64,000 nucleotides of DNA from Lama guanicoe (lineage: Eukaryota), in the NCBI GenBank assembly GCA_013239625.1, contig MU054323.1, positions 4,318,214 to 4,382,213 on the forward strand. The letters are read 5' to 3'. Below are positions 36,818 through 49,150 of the stretch, in pieces (positions within the stretch are counted from its first letter, which is position 1; each line of letters starts with the position of its first letter). Made by a program: the position numbers and the translations under genes. The notes beneath the pieces were generated by a model, which saw nothing but the letters and a program-made list of their open reading frames with translations, searched no databases and was not told where the DNA came from.

Positions 36818-37444
36818 TGTTACAGACTGAATTTTGTATCCCCAAATTAAAATGTCGAAATTTTTTTAAACTTTTCCCTTTTTTTAAATTGAAGTATAGT
36901 TGACTTACAATGTTGTGTTAGTTTCGGGTGTACAGCAAGGTGTGTATGGGTTTTTCTTCTCCATTGCAGGTTATTACAACGTACTGGATACAGTAGGTCC
37001 TTGTTGTTTACCTATTTTATATATATTAGTGTGTATCTGTCAATCTCAAACTCCTGATTTAGCCCTACCTCACCTCAAATGTTGAATTCTTAACCTCTAG
37101 TGCCTCAGAATGCGACTGTATTTGAAGTTTAATTACCTTTAAAGAGGTAATTACGTTAAAATGGGGTTGTTAGGGTGGGCCTTAGTCTAATATGACTGAT
37201 GTCCTTCTAAGAAGAGGAGATTCAGACAGAGACACCAGGAGTGTCCAGGCAGAGAGGAAAGGCCACGTGAGGACACAGAATCTGGCCATCTGCAAGCCAA
37301 GAAGAGAGGCCTGGGAAGAAACCAGCACTTCCAAAACCTTGATCTTGGATTTCTAGCTTCCAGAACTGTGAAAAAGCACCTTTCTGTTGTTTAAGCCCCC
37401 CAGTCTGCGATACTTTGTCACGGCAGCCCTAGCAAACTAGTGCG
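36818..37444 (+). mobile_element. MaLR solo LTR (MLT1B-like) split by a younger L1 insertion
   Basis: tgttacagactgaatt...cctcagaatgcgactgtatttg...agggtgggcc...ggccatctgcaagccaagaagagaggcc...ccagaactgtga...gtttaagccc...ggcagccctagcaaact. Confidence 0.85.
36862..37076 (-). mobile_element. 5'-truncated lineage-specific L1 3' end (Cetartiodactyla-type) with target-site duplication
   Basis: T-tract then aattgaagtatagttgacttacaatgttgtgttagtttcgggtgtacagcaa...tacagtaggtccttgttgtttacctattttatatata...ctcaaactcctgatt. Flanked by aaatgtcgaaat (36850-36861) and aaatgttgaatt (37077-37088). Confidence 0.8.
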
Positions 37445-37740
37445 CACCAGACAGAACGGCCCTCGCCACAGCACTTCCGTGTCTGCCGGGGCAACTACGC
37501 CCCAACAGACCTCTCTCCGCGGAGCATCCAGGTTTCCCGCACCGCGCAGCAGTGAACTGTGCCTCGTCTCAGGGCGTGTTGCAAGGGCAAAGCCAAACCA
37601 GACGCAGAGCCTGCAGCACCTCCTCCAGCGCCTGCCGCTGGGGGCGCCCGCGGGCTCCGGGCTCGGGCTGCTTCCTGCTGCTCAGCGCCGCCGTCAGGGG
37701 CAGCGCGGCCCAGGCTTTGTACGATCAAGTGCTCGGTGCA
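37441..37740. other. CpG-island-like GC peak
   Basis: 28 CpGs counted in 300 bp, the strongest CpG density in the window. Confidence 0.8.
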
Positions 37741-39066
37741 GAAGACATCAAAAAGGAAGAAAACAAATGAAACTCACAGATTACTTTACTCTCTGGGATT
37801 TTGCTTCCTGGTTCGTTTGTGGCACTTTTTATCTGAAAAATTTTATCTTGGAGTGTAGGAGCTTGAATATCTTCAATGGAATTACTATGCATTTTCTGAC
37901 TCTGGTGTTCTTCTTTGTATAAAGGAAGACCTGTTCCTGCTCTCTCCCTTAAGATACCATGTCCTCATTTATTTCCCTGCCTTTTAAATTTTTCTTTCAA
38001 CATAACAAGCTCCTTGAATACCTCTTAGGATTTTTTTTTTATCATAAACCAGATTTTTCGTTCTTTGAATGCTTGTTCTCTCAAACCCTCATATTAAACA
38101 CCCTGCGGTGTGACTCCATGAGTGATCTGTCACACATAGGCACAGAAATTCCTTGGAGACAAGAGACGTGAGGTTTTATATCTCACACAGCCTTCTGGGC
38201 GCTAGGTGTTCTTGATAAATCCCTTTAATGACTTTCCTTCCAGAGAACACAAGTTTTCACATAAACCAAAACTAACTGGAAAAAAATTGTTAATTTATTC
38301 ATCAGACATGTTAGTGGACACAAAGTTGAATCAGATACACTGTTTGCTCTAAAAGTGTTTTTAGTCTAATAGAGGGATTCAAAAATGTAAATGAATATGT
38401 GTAAGAAAGCATTGTAGGTCTGGGTTAGAAGGTAGAGGTTAGAAAGTAGAAACTGGACGTGTGAATGAGGTTAGAAGTGGAGAGGCCTCCAGGAGAGCTG
38501 GAACAGGGACAGGGGCTTTATAGACAAGTGACTGTGGAGCCAGGAAGTACAGGGGTGTTTAACTGCAGACCCTCCTCCACCGCCTACTCTGATGTAGATG
38601 CGTCAAGACGTGTGGGCAGGCAACTTTCCCTTTATGAAATTTACTTACAGTCCAGCTGGGTGCATGTTATGACCTGGTGTCTGAATATTGTTAACATTGC
38701 TCACTCATAAACATGTATTGACCATGGAGATTTATGGAGAGTGATGGTGTGCTAAACTGAGCAAAATGTGTAGGAGTCTGTGTGTGTGTGTTTTAAGTTC
38801 CATTATGTGACCATTTTGTGCCAGATTTCTGAAACATATTCTAACCTTCACCAAAAACGACTATCAATTCTCTTGAAACACTAGCAGTTTACATATACGC
38901 CAGTTTGAAAGCAACCAGCTTCTGGCCTCTAGCTCTTTCCAGAAGGCTCTTCTGATATTCGATATATCAGTGTTCTTCCTTCTGTTCAATTCTCAGATTC
39001 TAAAATACGCAGGTTTGTAACACGGCAGTTAGACATTAACAACATACTGTTTTTTTTTAATTTGTG

Positions 39067-39068
<2 letters not shown>

Positions 39069-39110
<42 letters not shown>
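39069..39110. repeat. Pure (T)42 homopolymer
   Basis: Read directly. Confidence 0.9.
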
Positions 39111-39113
<3 letters not shown>

Positions 39114-42100
39114 GTGTCTATCCCTTTAATAACCTTCAGATCTTCTGGCAAAATATGTGATACACAGTTTTCATTCAGAGTTAGGAGGAAGGACTCAGCC
39201 TCTGTCTCAGAAGGCCTTTGCCACCAACATGGCCAGCAGCTCTCTGGCTTTGCTTACTGTGGAAGGGGCGGAGTGCTCAGGAAAGATGATTCTCAAGATG
39301 CCTACCGTGGAGTGCTTTAGCGCTCGCTTTATCCTAAGAAGGTGTACATAGTAGAACAGTCGTGGGATCTCAAAGTAAGAGGGATTGAACTTAGAGGTAA
39401 ACAATGACATTGTCATGAAAAAACAGTAAATTTTGATAATTAGTGACATCCCCTTCACCTCCCTCCACCTCATTTTTCCTCTAAGGTGGGTCATGTCACT
39501 CCATTTACTGATGCACTGTTGTCAGACTTCCAGATAAATACTCTCCCCCCTCCTTTACTTTTAGGCCAGCAGAAGAGGAACAGTAGGCATCGGTTGGGTA
39601 TCCGGTGCCTGCATCTTTGAATTGGCACATGATGCACATAGTATAGCTGCATCCTCCTTACCTATTTACAAAAAAGGGATATTCGTTTCCTAGCTGAATA
39701 CTGCACAGATCACAGTTCTCAATATCATTACTAATGAAGCACACTGTGTTGCTTTGATTGCCATCCGAATGTGAACAGCTAATTAGATTGATTGTCTATT
39801 TGATGCCTGCTGATTAGCTTATGAAAGCCCTCCGAATCCCTGACTTTGTGAGAAAATGCCCCTGACTTTATGATTACTGATTGATGCTCCAATTTCTGAT
39901 TGCTGTGTGAATAGACACTTAATAGCTCTGTCACCTTGACAAGGGTTTTAGTATTCATCTGATGAAGAAAACAGAGCAGGGTGCTCTGTTTATCAATGTC
40001 TGCCAAACATTTAAAGTTCTTTAGAGTGTGAAGACCAAGAGAATCAGGGGCGTCTGTGGCCTTTTACAAGGCCACGTAACTAATGTCATGTGGTTGGCAA
40101 GAGTAATAAGAAAGGAGGAGGCTGGCAGGTGGCCCTGAGGCTCTGCTCTTCCTCAAAATGGGTTTTAGGACTAGAATAAATCTGTATGGCCCAGGAGCCA
40201 TCTCTGTGAGTTGACAGTTTGCTTTCAAGAGTGAGTATGCAGACTATGGCTGTAGCTCCCGGTAACACTCACTCTGCCTCTCTTGATTTTACACTGAAAT
40301 CCCTAGGCAGATGCCAGCAAAGATAAATTACTCTTGGAAACACCAAGAACCCAGACTGACAGTTGACCTGTTGCTGGAATCTAGGAGAATTTTCTCTCTC
40401 TGTGTTGTATGAAACTAAACTGTACGATGGCAACTCTGATTCAACTAAACGGTGATTGCTTAAAGTAATGGAGACAAAGCCTCTTTAAGCTCTCCTACTC
40501 TTTGTACCTGGGTTCAGAATAGCGAGTTGTGCCTCAAGCAGAGAACTGGCTACCTTTCCCTCTGCTATGGGCAAGTTGCTTTTTTGAAGAAGGTCTCAAC
40601 ATCATTGAGACTCACAAATCCCAGTGGCACAGAGGTCTGAAAACATACTCATTCCTGACAGTAAATTTTTCAAGGCAAGAGAAGAGGGTAAACATGCACT
40701 GATTAGCTAAAAGAGATGGATTGGGCTGAGAGGAGTGTCAGGATGACATGTAGGGGAAAGTGGTGATGGAAGACAGATTTGACTCCCTTCTTTTAAGGAC
40801 TGATAACTGGTGATGCCTCACCTTCCAGGTGTTTAATAGTTAGAAAATACCCAGCCTTAGTGAGGATCTGAGCAAAGCAAATACTCATGCATGTAAGCCA
40901 ATGTGAATGCAATGTGAATGAAACTGCTCTACAAACAGTATGGCATTTCTCCGTAACACTGAGCAACTTCCTTCTTGCTCTACCCTCCACTCTTGAGGCC
41001 AGGTGTAGCTAGAAGGTGCCAGTGTGTGCATATCCTGTGACCCAGGAACTCTTCTCCTGCAGTAATAAGTGATAAGAGGGAACAAGTGGACCAGGTTGAA
41101 TATGAAGATGTTGAGAAAGATGTGAAATGGCATCTTGTGTGGATTTAATTCACATTCACCAGGTTACTAACTTTAATGTAGTCAAATCTATTTTTTTATT
41201 TATCTTTTGCTTTAGGCCTAATATTTTTATGTATTATTTGATGGATTCTCACCATTCTAAAGTTGTAAAGATATTTTCAGTGATTTTCTGCTAAATAGTT
41301 CAATATTTTAGAATTTACATTTAAGTTTCTAATTTATCAGGATATGCTTAAAAGTAGGGATTCACTTTTTTAAATGTGGAAATACAATTTTCCCAATGAC
41401 ATTAACTGAAAAATCCATTCTGTCCCAATTGAATGGCAATGCCAGCTCCTTCATATATCCTCTTTTCATATGTGCATCTATTTTGTTTCTGGGTCTCTGT
41501 TGAGCATTTGATTAGAATTTCAATGATGCTATAGATCAGTTTGGACAGAATCTTTGCACTATTTAATTCCTTCTATTCATGAATATGTCATTTTTCCTTA
41601 TTTACATAAATTTTTATAATTTCTAAGTTAACTTTTATAAATTTGTACATAAATAATTCATAATCTTTTGTTGGATTTATTCCTATGTACTTCATATTTA
41701 TTGTTGCAATTTTAAAAGGGGATCGTTTTAAAATGTACATTTTTGTTTATTGTTGGTGTGTATTGCTGGTGCATTGATTTTTACATATTTATCTTGTGTC
41801 CAGAAACATAATTAATGAATGCTTTCTTTCATTAATGCTGATAGTTTATCGATAGATACTTTCGGGTTTCTATATAAGCAGCTGTATGATCAGCAATGAT
41901 GATATATTTTTTTCTCTTCTCCAATCCTTATACTTCTAGTTTCTTATTGTCTTACTACAAAGTTGAAAAAGTTGTCTGTTGAAAAGAAAAGGCAGTAGTG
42001 GGTATTTTCTCCTTGTTTTTCTCCCATTTTTTAAAAAAAGGAATGCTTCAATATTTCACTGTTAAAAATTATGTCTATTCAAAGGTTTTAAGATAATCAA

Positions 42101-43250
42101 GATATGAAAGTTTTCTTTTATTTATCATTTGCTAACAGTTTGGTTTTTTTAAATAAATACTGGGTGTTGAATTTTTTGAATATATTTTCTGCAATTGAGA
42201 TAATCATATATGGGTTTTTTCTTTAATGTGACTATGTGGTAATTGCATTTGTTTAAAAAAAATTATATTCCTGCATACTCCCAATTCAATAATGATGTGT
42301 TACATTTTTAAATCCATTACTGAATTTGGTAGATAGTTAGAAATTTGCATCTATTACATAAATGAGATCAACTTGGGATTTTCTTTCTTGCGTTGTCCTT
42401 TTCTGGTTTTGATGTCAAAATTTTACTACCCTCATAAAAAAGCTGGGTAGCAGTCTTTTTGTGTTCTTTAAAAATGTGTAAAAGCACAAGAGTATCTTTC
42501 TTATTCTTATCAGCTTTTTTGAAATTTTATTAGAACTTTTCTCTAAGATCATGGAAGCCTAATGGTTTCCCCACAAAACGGGAAATTTTTATTTACTTGA
42601 TTGAATTTTGTTAATGTTTAAGGAACCATTCAGATTTAAATTTCCTCTTAGGAAATTTTTGTAATTTGTATTTTCTTTAGAATGCCTCCACTGAACCTAA
42701 ATTTCCAATTTCTTTGGCACACAGATTTCATAACAGGCTCTTAGCTTTTAAAATCTCTCTTGTTACATCTGTCATTTCAATCCTGATATTAGTTATTTGT
42801 GTGTCTGCTTTCCTTTTGTTTCACGATCAGTTTTGCCAGAGGTTCATCAATTTAGTTTATCCAAAGCACTTTAATTTTCAGTGTGTCTCCTGAAAACAAC
42901 ATATATATATGGATTTTTTTAAGTCCAGTTTGATGAAATTTGTCTCTTACATAAACACTGAGTATAGGTTTCATGTATGTGGATTTATATCTGCCATGTT
43001 ATTTTGGGGTCTCACTTTGTCTTGCTTTTGCTATTTCTCTTCTCTTCTCTGTCTCTCATTTCATAACTTTTTAAAGATTAATTTATTTTCCTTCTGATTT
43101 TATTCTTTTTTTCTGTGTCTATTTTATAGTATATGTCATAGAAAACTGCATTGTATTATTTTCCCTGTATATTTTGTATTGTATTATATATTTTTTGTAA
43201 ATTTTACAAGTTTGAGATAAATACACTCTTTACATTTTTCAAATGTTCTC

Positions 43251-43742
43251 TGTATTAGTTCTCTACTGCTGATATAACCAATTACCACAAACAGTGGCTT
43301 AAAACAATACAAATTTATTATCTTAAAGTTCTGGAGGTCCCAAGTCTGAAATAAGTCTCACCGGGCTAAAATCAAGCATCACAGGCCTGTGTTCCCTTTT
43401 GTAGGGAGATAATCTTTTTTCTTGCCTCTTCTGGCTTCTAGAGGTAGCCTTCATTCCTTGGCTCACGGGCCACTTAAATCTAGAGACAGAAACGTCTAGT
43501 AGCCTTCCCTACCTTGCATCGTGCTAACACCAGCTAGTCTTTCTACCTCTTCCACTTTGAAGGATGCTTGTGATTACAGTGTGCCACCTGGATAATCCAG
43601 GATAATCTCCTGCATCAAGATCAGCTAGTTAACAACTTTAATTCCATGTGCTGCATCATTCCCCTTTGATATGAAACACATTTGCAGGTTCCTGGTATTA
43701 AAATACGGACATCTTTGGAAGGCCATTATTCTGCCTACCACA
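43251..43742 (-). mobile_element. MaLR solo LTR (MLT1D/E-like)
   Basis: tgtattagttctctactgctgatataaccaattaccacaaacagtggcttaaaacaatacaaatttattatctt...gataatccaggataatctcc...ggacatctttggaaggccattattctgcctaccaca. Confidence 0.85.
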
Positions 43743-43763
43743 GTCACCCTAGAAATTTTAGCA

Positions 43764-43766
<3 letters not shown>

Positions 43767-43794
<28 letters not shown>
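43767..43794. repeat. (AT)14 microsatellite
   Basis: Read directly. Confidence 0.9.
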
Positions 43795-43797
<3 letters not shown>

Positions 43798-45209
43798 AAT
43801 ATCTGGTGTACAGCAGTGTCCCAGTCAAAGCATGCATATTTGACTACACGAATTTAATGTTAAACTTTTTCTCCCAAATGAAACAAAGCACTTACAATTT
43901 GTAAACTTTTATTTGTGTGCTTTTTACATACAATTATTGTTCAAGACATTAGTTCTATTTTGATTACTTAGAAGTCATTATTTTATAAAGAAAATGATCA
44001 TTTGTATATATGTATAATACATGGCATTCATTCTTCACAATTCTTTCTTGCATCTTAGATCTTTCTTCTGGAATCACGTTGTTTCTCCCTTTGTCTTCTC
44101 CTTTACTTATTCTGTTAGTAAAGGTCTGTTGTCTGTGACCTCTGTCAGTTTTTATTTGTTTGAAAGTATCTACTTTGCTTTTTGTTTTGGGGTATTATTT
44201 CTGTTATATAAGTCTAATATTGAAGGTTATTTTCTCACAGCAACTCTGGCTTCCAGTTTTTGGTGCTTAAAAGTTGGCTGTCAATCTACTTGTCATTTAT
44301 CTAAAAGCAAATATGTTTTTCATTTTTATCCTTTATCTATTTAAAGGTTCTACAACTTCATTAATTCCATTTCAGCTGGCTTAATTTGATATTGATCTCT
44401 TGTTCTTTATTCTGTTTGGGATTTGTTGATTGTCTAGAATTTAAGGATCGTTGTCTTTAATCTACTCCAGAAAATTCTTAACTACGAAATCTCTAAGTAT
44501 TGCTACTCACATTATTTTGGTATTCTTTCCTTGTTTTCTCATTTGATATATTGACCCTTATTATTCTGTGTCCTCTCTATCTTCACCTCAATTTTATACT
44601 TTTTCTTTCTTCATTTCTCTCTGCTTCCTTTTTAGATCATTCCTTCAATTATACACTTTAGGTGACCTGGAAAATACTGGATACTTCTAACATCTGGAGC
44701 TATTTGGGGTTGATTTTATAGTTTACGTTTTTTCTGCTGACTTTATTTGTATGTGAATTACACTTATTTAATGATTTCTTATTGTTGGCTCACATTTCTT
44801 GAAAAGTTATAGTTAACAAAGGAAGTCTGTGTTTGTTTTTGTTAATTACTCAGAGCCCAGTCAAGTCAAGACCATTTGGCTTAAGGTTTTTCAATCCACA
44901 TAGATAGTGTGAATTGCAGCCGCATACCCACGTGACCCAGGGCTCTGGTTTAGGAATTCTCTGAATTACTTTTTCTTTTTCTCTCTATTCTATACATTCA
45001 CAACCAAGTTCTGTGAAGCAAGCTTTCTGCAGGAGGAGTTTTATGGTTTCCGTTTCACTTATCAAGGGTATTGCTCCTTGGTGGTCTCAGATTTATTAGG
45101 GACTCCCTAGTCCAAGCTCCTTCCAGATACTGGTTCTCCACACCATGCCTACTTTCTCTTAATTTGATGTGGCCCATTAAAACTCTGGATCTATTGTAGA
45201 TGTATATAC

Positions 45210-45735
45210 AAAAAAAAAAAATTGAGAACAGAGACTGGAGCAGATGTTTGTACACCAGCATTCATGGGAGCATTATTCACAATAGTTACAAGATGGAAAC
45301 AGCCCAATACCCATCAACACATTAATAGATAAACAAAATGTGGCACATTTATACATATGGAATATTATTTAACTTTAAAAAAAATGAAGTTCTGACACAC
45401 GTTACAACATGGATGAACCTTGAAAACAATATGCTAAGGATAACAATAGGTCAGTCACAAAGGGACAAATATTGTACAATTCCACTTACATGAAGTATCT
45501 AGAATAGGCAAATTCATAGAAACAAAAAGTAGAAGCTGGAGGAGCAGGTAATGGGGAGTCATTGCTTAATGAGTAAGTTTCTGTTTAGGGTGATAGAAAA
45601 GATTTGCAAGTAGATAGTGATTATGGTTGTACAACAGCGTGAATGTAACTAGTGCCACTGAAGTGTATACTTAAAAATAGTTAAAAGGTCATATTTTGTG
45701 TTATTTGTATTTTAATCACAATTAAAACAATTTTT
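45210..45735 (+). mobile_element. LINE-1 3' end (L1MB-like), end of ORF2 plus 3'UTR
   Basis: gcattattcacaatag...gataaacaaaatgtgg...acaacatggatgaaccttgaaaac...aaatattgtacaattccacttacatgaagtatctagaataggcaaattcatagaaac...gccactgaagtgtatacttaaaaatagttaaaa. Confidence 0.9.
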
Positions 45736-47669
45736 TAAAAGCTGAATTTAGGCCTTCTCATGTTAGCAGATGTCCCTAGACCATTCTGTGACTCCAGTCC
45801 TAGCTCACCAATGACTTGCAACATTTTTGGCATCTCAGTTTTGCCTTTCTGTACTTCCGCCTCAGTATGTTTAAAAATAACTTTTAATATGTATCTGTTT
45901 TTTCCCAACATTGAGGTACTCAGTTGAAACATTTTTGGAAATACTATTTCTCTATTAATATTTAAGAAACAAAAAGCACATACACAATGACTGAAAGAAA
46001 GGAGAGGAAGTAGCTGATGTTTGTACCAGGAGCAGACATCCAGATAGTGTCGGGTGAGTTTGCCTAGCCACATTGTTTAATCATGCCGCATTGCCCAGGT
46101 CTCCCGACACTTGTGCCTCGTCAGAGGATTCATGAACATGATAGCTACAATTGAAACCCACTCATCTCCAGCTGCCTGCTGATTATTCTGGCCATTCAGG
46201 GAGAGATTGAAAATCTGCTCTTTTGTTCCTCTCTTTTGCTCAGCAATTATATTTACTTGCACAAAAGGTTGAGTGAAGGCTAAGTCAGAGATCTGTACGG
46301 TGCAAGATGTCTCAGTCTGTTTTCTCTCCCTAAATGGAAGATGAGGATTAATTTCTTTATTTCTCAAGGAAATCAGTGTGGATCCATTGGCATGCTGCTA
46401 GCAAAAGTTCCTTGATCAAATACATTTTTCACAATGTACAGACTGCCAACTGTTGTTACAGCACTCTGGAAAGCACATTTTCTTGACTTTAGTGTCAGTT
46501 TGTGTTGAGTTTGAATTTAGAGGGGGAAAAAAGCCATTAACCTCCAGAAATTATAGAAAAATAGTGTAGCTGTATGGTATGGCAAAGTAATGGATAAACA
46601 ATTATATGCAGATGAATGCAGATACTAGAGGTCTCAGAGTGCAGACTCTAACTTCTCAAATGAATCCCTTGCCATAATCTTGTTAATAGCAGAGCACATG
46701 TTGAATTCTAGGTGGCCTTTTAACATTTTAGTTGTGATGCAGTAGAATTAACGAGTCAGCCCAAACTATGTCTTTTACAATTGTGTTCCTAGAAATAGAG
46801 AATCCAAGGTGTTTTAAGCAGACTGATTACATCCATTGATTGATGATTGGATTCAGAATAATTTTCTTTCCTTGGATGAGAAAAAGTGACATTATTGACC
46901 CTGTTCATTCAATCAAAATGGTAATGCAACATAAGCATGCCTGCTTGCAGGAGCAGCAAGCCAGGGGAGAGTCTAAATTATGCAGGGTCTGCCTCTAAGC
47001 TGTGTTTATGAATACAATTGATTGACATTGCCTGTTGCCCCTCCTCAACACACATGCATCCACATGCACTTGTCTTATTAAAGACAAACAAGTCATTGGG
47101 ATTGCAGAAATGGTTTTTACTCCATATTTCATTGGGAAGATAATCACTACTATTCTTTATTTGTGTTTAATGTGCCATTATGTGTAAAAGGGAAAAATGA
47201 TTAAATGTAATGTATTATCAGAAGCACTCAGAGCTTATACTTGGTAAAGAAAGTTGATTACTCAGAATATCTGTCAAGAGGGTTTTGTGTTCTCTAGATC
47301 ACGTAAAATGCCTCTTTAATTACTGGATGCGTCATTATACTCCATTTCCTCCATGTTTCACTAGCTCCTTCAGTATTGGCTCCTTGGATTCCCTCTCCAG
47401 GAGTAATTCTGTCTTTTGTGATCTCTTTCTTAATTAATATTCCCATTCCCAGAGGTGCACAGCATCTAGAAGTCATGTTGCCTAGTCCTTACAAAGCCTG
47501 ACTTTTAAAACAGGTCCGTATGGGGTGGGTAGAGACGGGAGATTTGTCACAGGATTGAACAGGGGATGGGGTCAGGGGCAAGATTCAAGAAATGTGAAAA
47601 AGGATGGATTGGAATTTAAAGCAAAACAATGCAGTGAAAAAGGGTTACTTTTTCTGCTTGTACACAGCT

Positions 47670-48137
47670 GCCCCTTCTTCTGAGAAATGTACCTTCCTCC
47701 TTTTAAGAAATTCTCTTCTTCCATATGAATCATGTAATTCTGGTGTGAAGGCTCCACATTTCTCACATTTCTAGCCACAAGGATGGTAACTCCGCCCATG
47801 TTAGAATCATGCTTCTCTAGATTTTTGAATCAATTTAGAAAGTGCAAGTGTCAGACCTTCTCTCCATGGAGAACTTGAAACATAAATTTTGGAGGTCACA
47901 GTAGTCATGGTTTTGGTTGCACAGAAGCAGCGGATTGGAGAGAAAGAAACTGACATACAGAGAGAAGGGGACATAGAAAGAAATCCTGGGTGGTATTTGA
48001 GACCACACAGTCATCTGGTTATCTCTGAAGCCCAGAGATACCTACCCCCTACCTTTCTCAAAGCTTGCCTATTTTGTTGAAACTAATTTGGTTTTGTATT
48101 TCTAGCACTTTCAGCCCCCAAATCCTGACTAATAGCA
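47670..48137 (+). mobile_element. Ancient ERVL/MaLR-type solo LTR (LTR16- or MLT1K/L-like)
   Basis: 3' end ctaatttggttttgtatttctagcactttcagcccccaaatcctgactaata resembles these LTR termini. Subfamily uncertain. Confidence 0.5.
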
Positions 48138-48929
48138 CAAAAAGAAGTGTTCTCTGGAAACCCAATTGTTAAATCAGCTTTTAGGGTTTGTTATATTGCA
48201 ATTTTCCTCGATGCATAAAAATCCTTTCAATTGCTAGAATTTGTAAAATTGGGTGGCTTAACCTGAAGTGATCGACTGTTCTTTCCCGGTATCTATTCCA
48301 ATTGTTGCATTTCTCACATTTATTATTATTTGTTAACATCTATCTCTCCTACATATCTGTGAACTTCTTAAAGGGAGGGACCAGGTCTTATTTTTGACTC
48401 TATAGCTCTAGGTCCTGGAATAGTTTTAGGCATAACTTAAGCTTCAGACATATTTGGTCAGCTGGGTTTCATTGAGCACTAGTGTGTCCTCAGGATTTTG
48501 CATTGTGCCTTGACTGCATTGCCAGGCATCTGGCCGTCTCCCCTTCCTGGAATCTTTCACTTCGACACTCACTGCAGTTCCTCCCTGCTTTTCTGATTCC
48601 CAGCCTGGGAGCTCTGGCTCTCATGAGCTTCCAGGAAGCCTAGACAGCTTTATGGCTTTGAGAGGAACAGCTCCTTGACATTCTGTTGTGCTTCTTTTCA
48701 GAAACAAAGCTCCAAATTTGGAAACCAACAGTGGAACTCCACAGGTAAGAAATAATGTCAATCATGACTCATCTCATTTACCTGGTTGGACACTTTGGAT
48801 GGCTTATCTCAGCAGGTTTCTGTTCAAAGAACATCTGTTACTTTCTCCAAATCCCTGTAATGAAGCCAGCATTTAGTTGCAACTCCCTGAAAAACCCACA
48901 GTTATTAAAACCACAGCCACTTACCACTT

Positions 48930-49150
48930 ATTTCAGAAATGTAGTTAGCACGAAACATTTTCTGTGTGCCTTCCATACAGTTCATATATGTTTTCTCATT
49001 GCATCCCTATTTTACAGAGAGGGGAGCTGGTACTCAGGGGAGTCAAGTGTTTTGCCTGAGGTCCACAAGGAGTATTTAGTAGGCCAGGACTTGTAAAGGA
49101 AGCTGAACTTTGTCTTGTTCGAATCTTTAGAACGTACACAGTCCTTGCCA
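48930..49150 (-). mobile_element. MIR SINE fragment
   Basis: atccctattttacagagaggggagctggtactcaggggagtcaagtgttttgcctgaggtccaca. Confidence 0.65.

Larger units (their letters stand above)
41170..45170 (-). mobile_element. Ancient LINE-1 (L1ME-like), antisense, ORF2 to 5' region, interrupted by an MLT1 LTR
   Basis: ttttaatgtagtcaaatcta, tatagatcagtttggacagaa, ttttgttggatttattccta, tactgggtgttgaatttt, ttttgccagaggttcatcaattt, tccagaaaattcttaac. Confidence 0.7.

Noticed and set aside
37440..37922. Longest listed ORF (160 aa) and overlapping ORFs in the GC peak
   Set aside because: No ATG at the listed start, no recognisable domain, and several frames are open simply because GC-rich DNA lacks stop codons. 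I saw no clear TSD or poly(A) to support a retrocopy, though BLAST is needed to exclude it.
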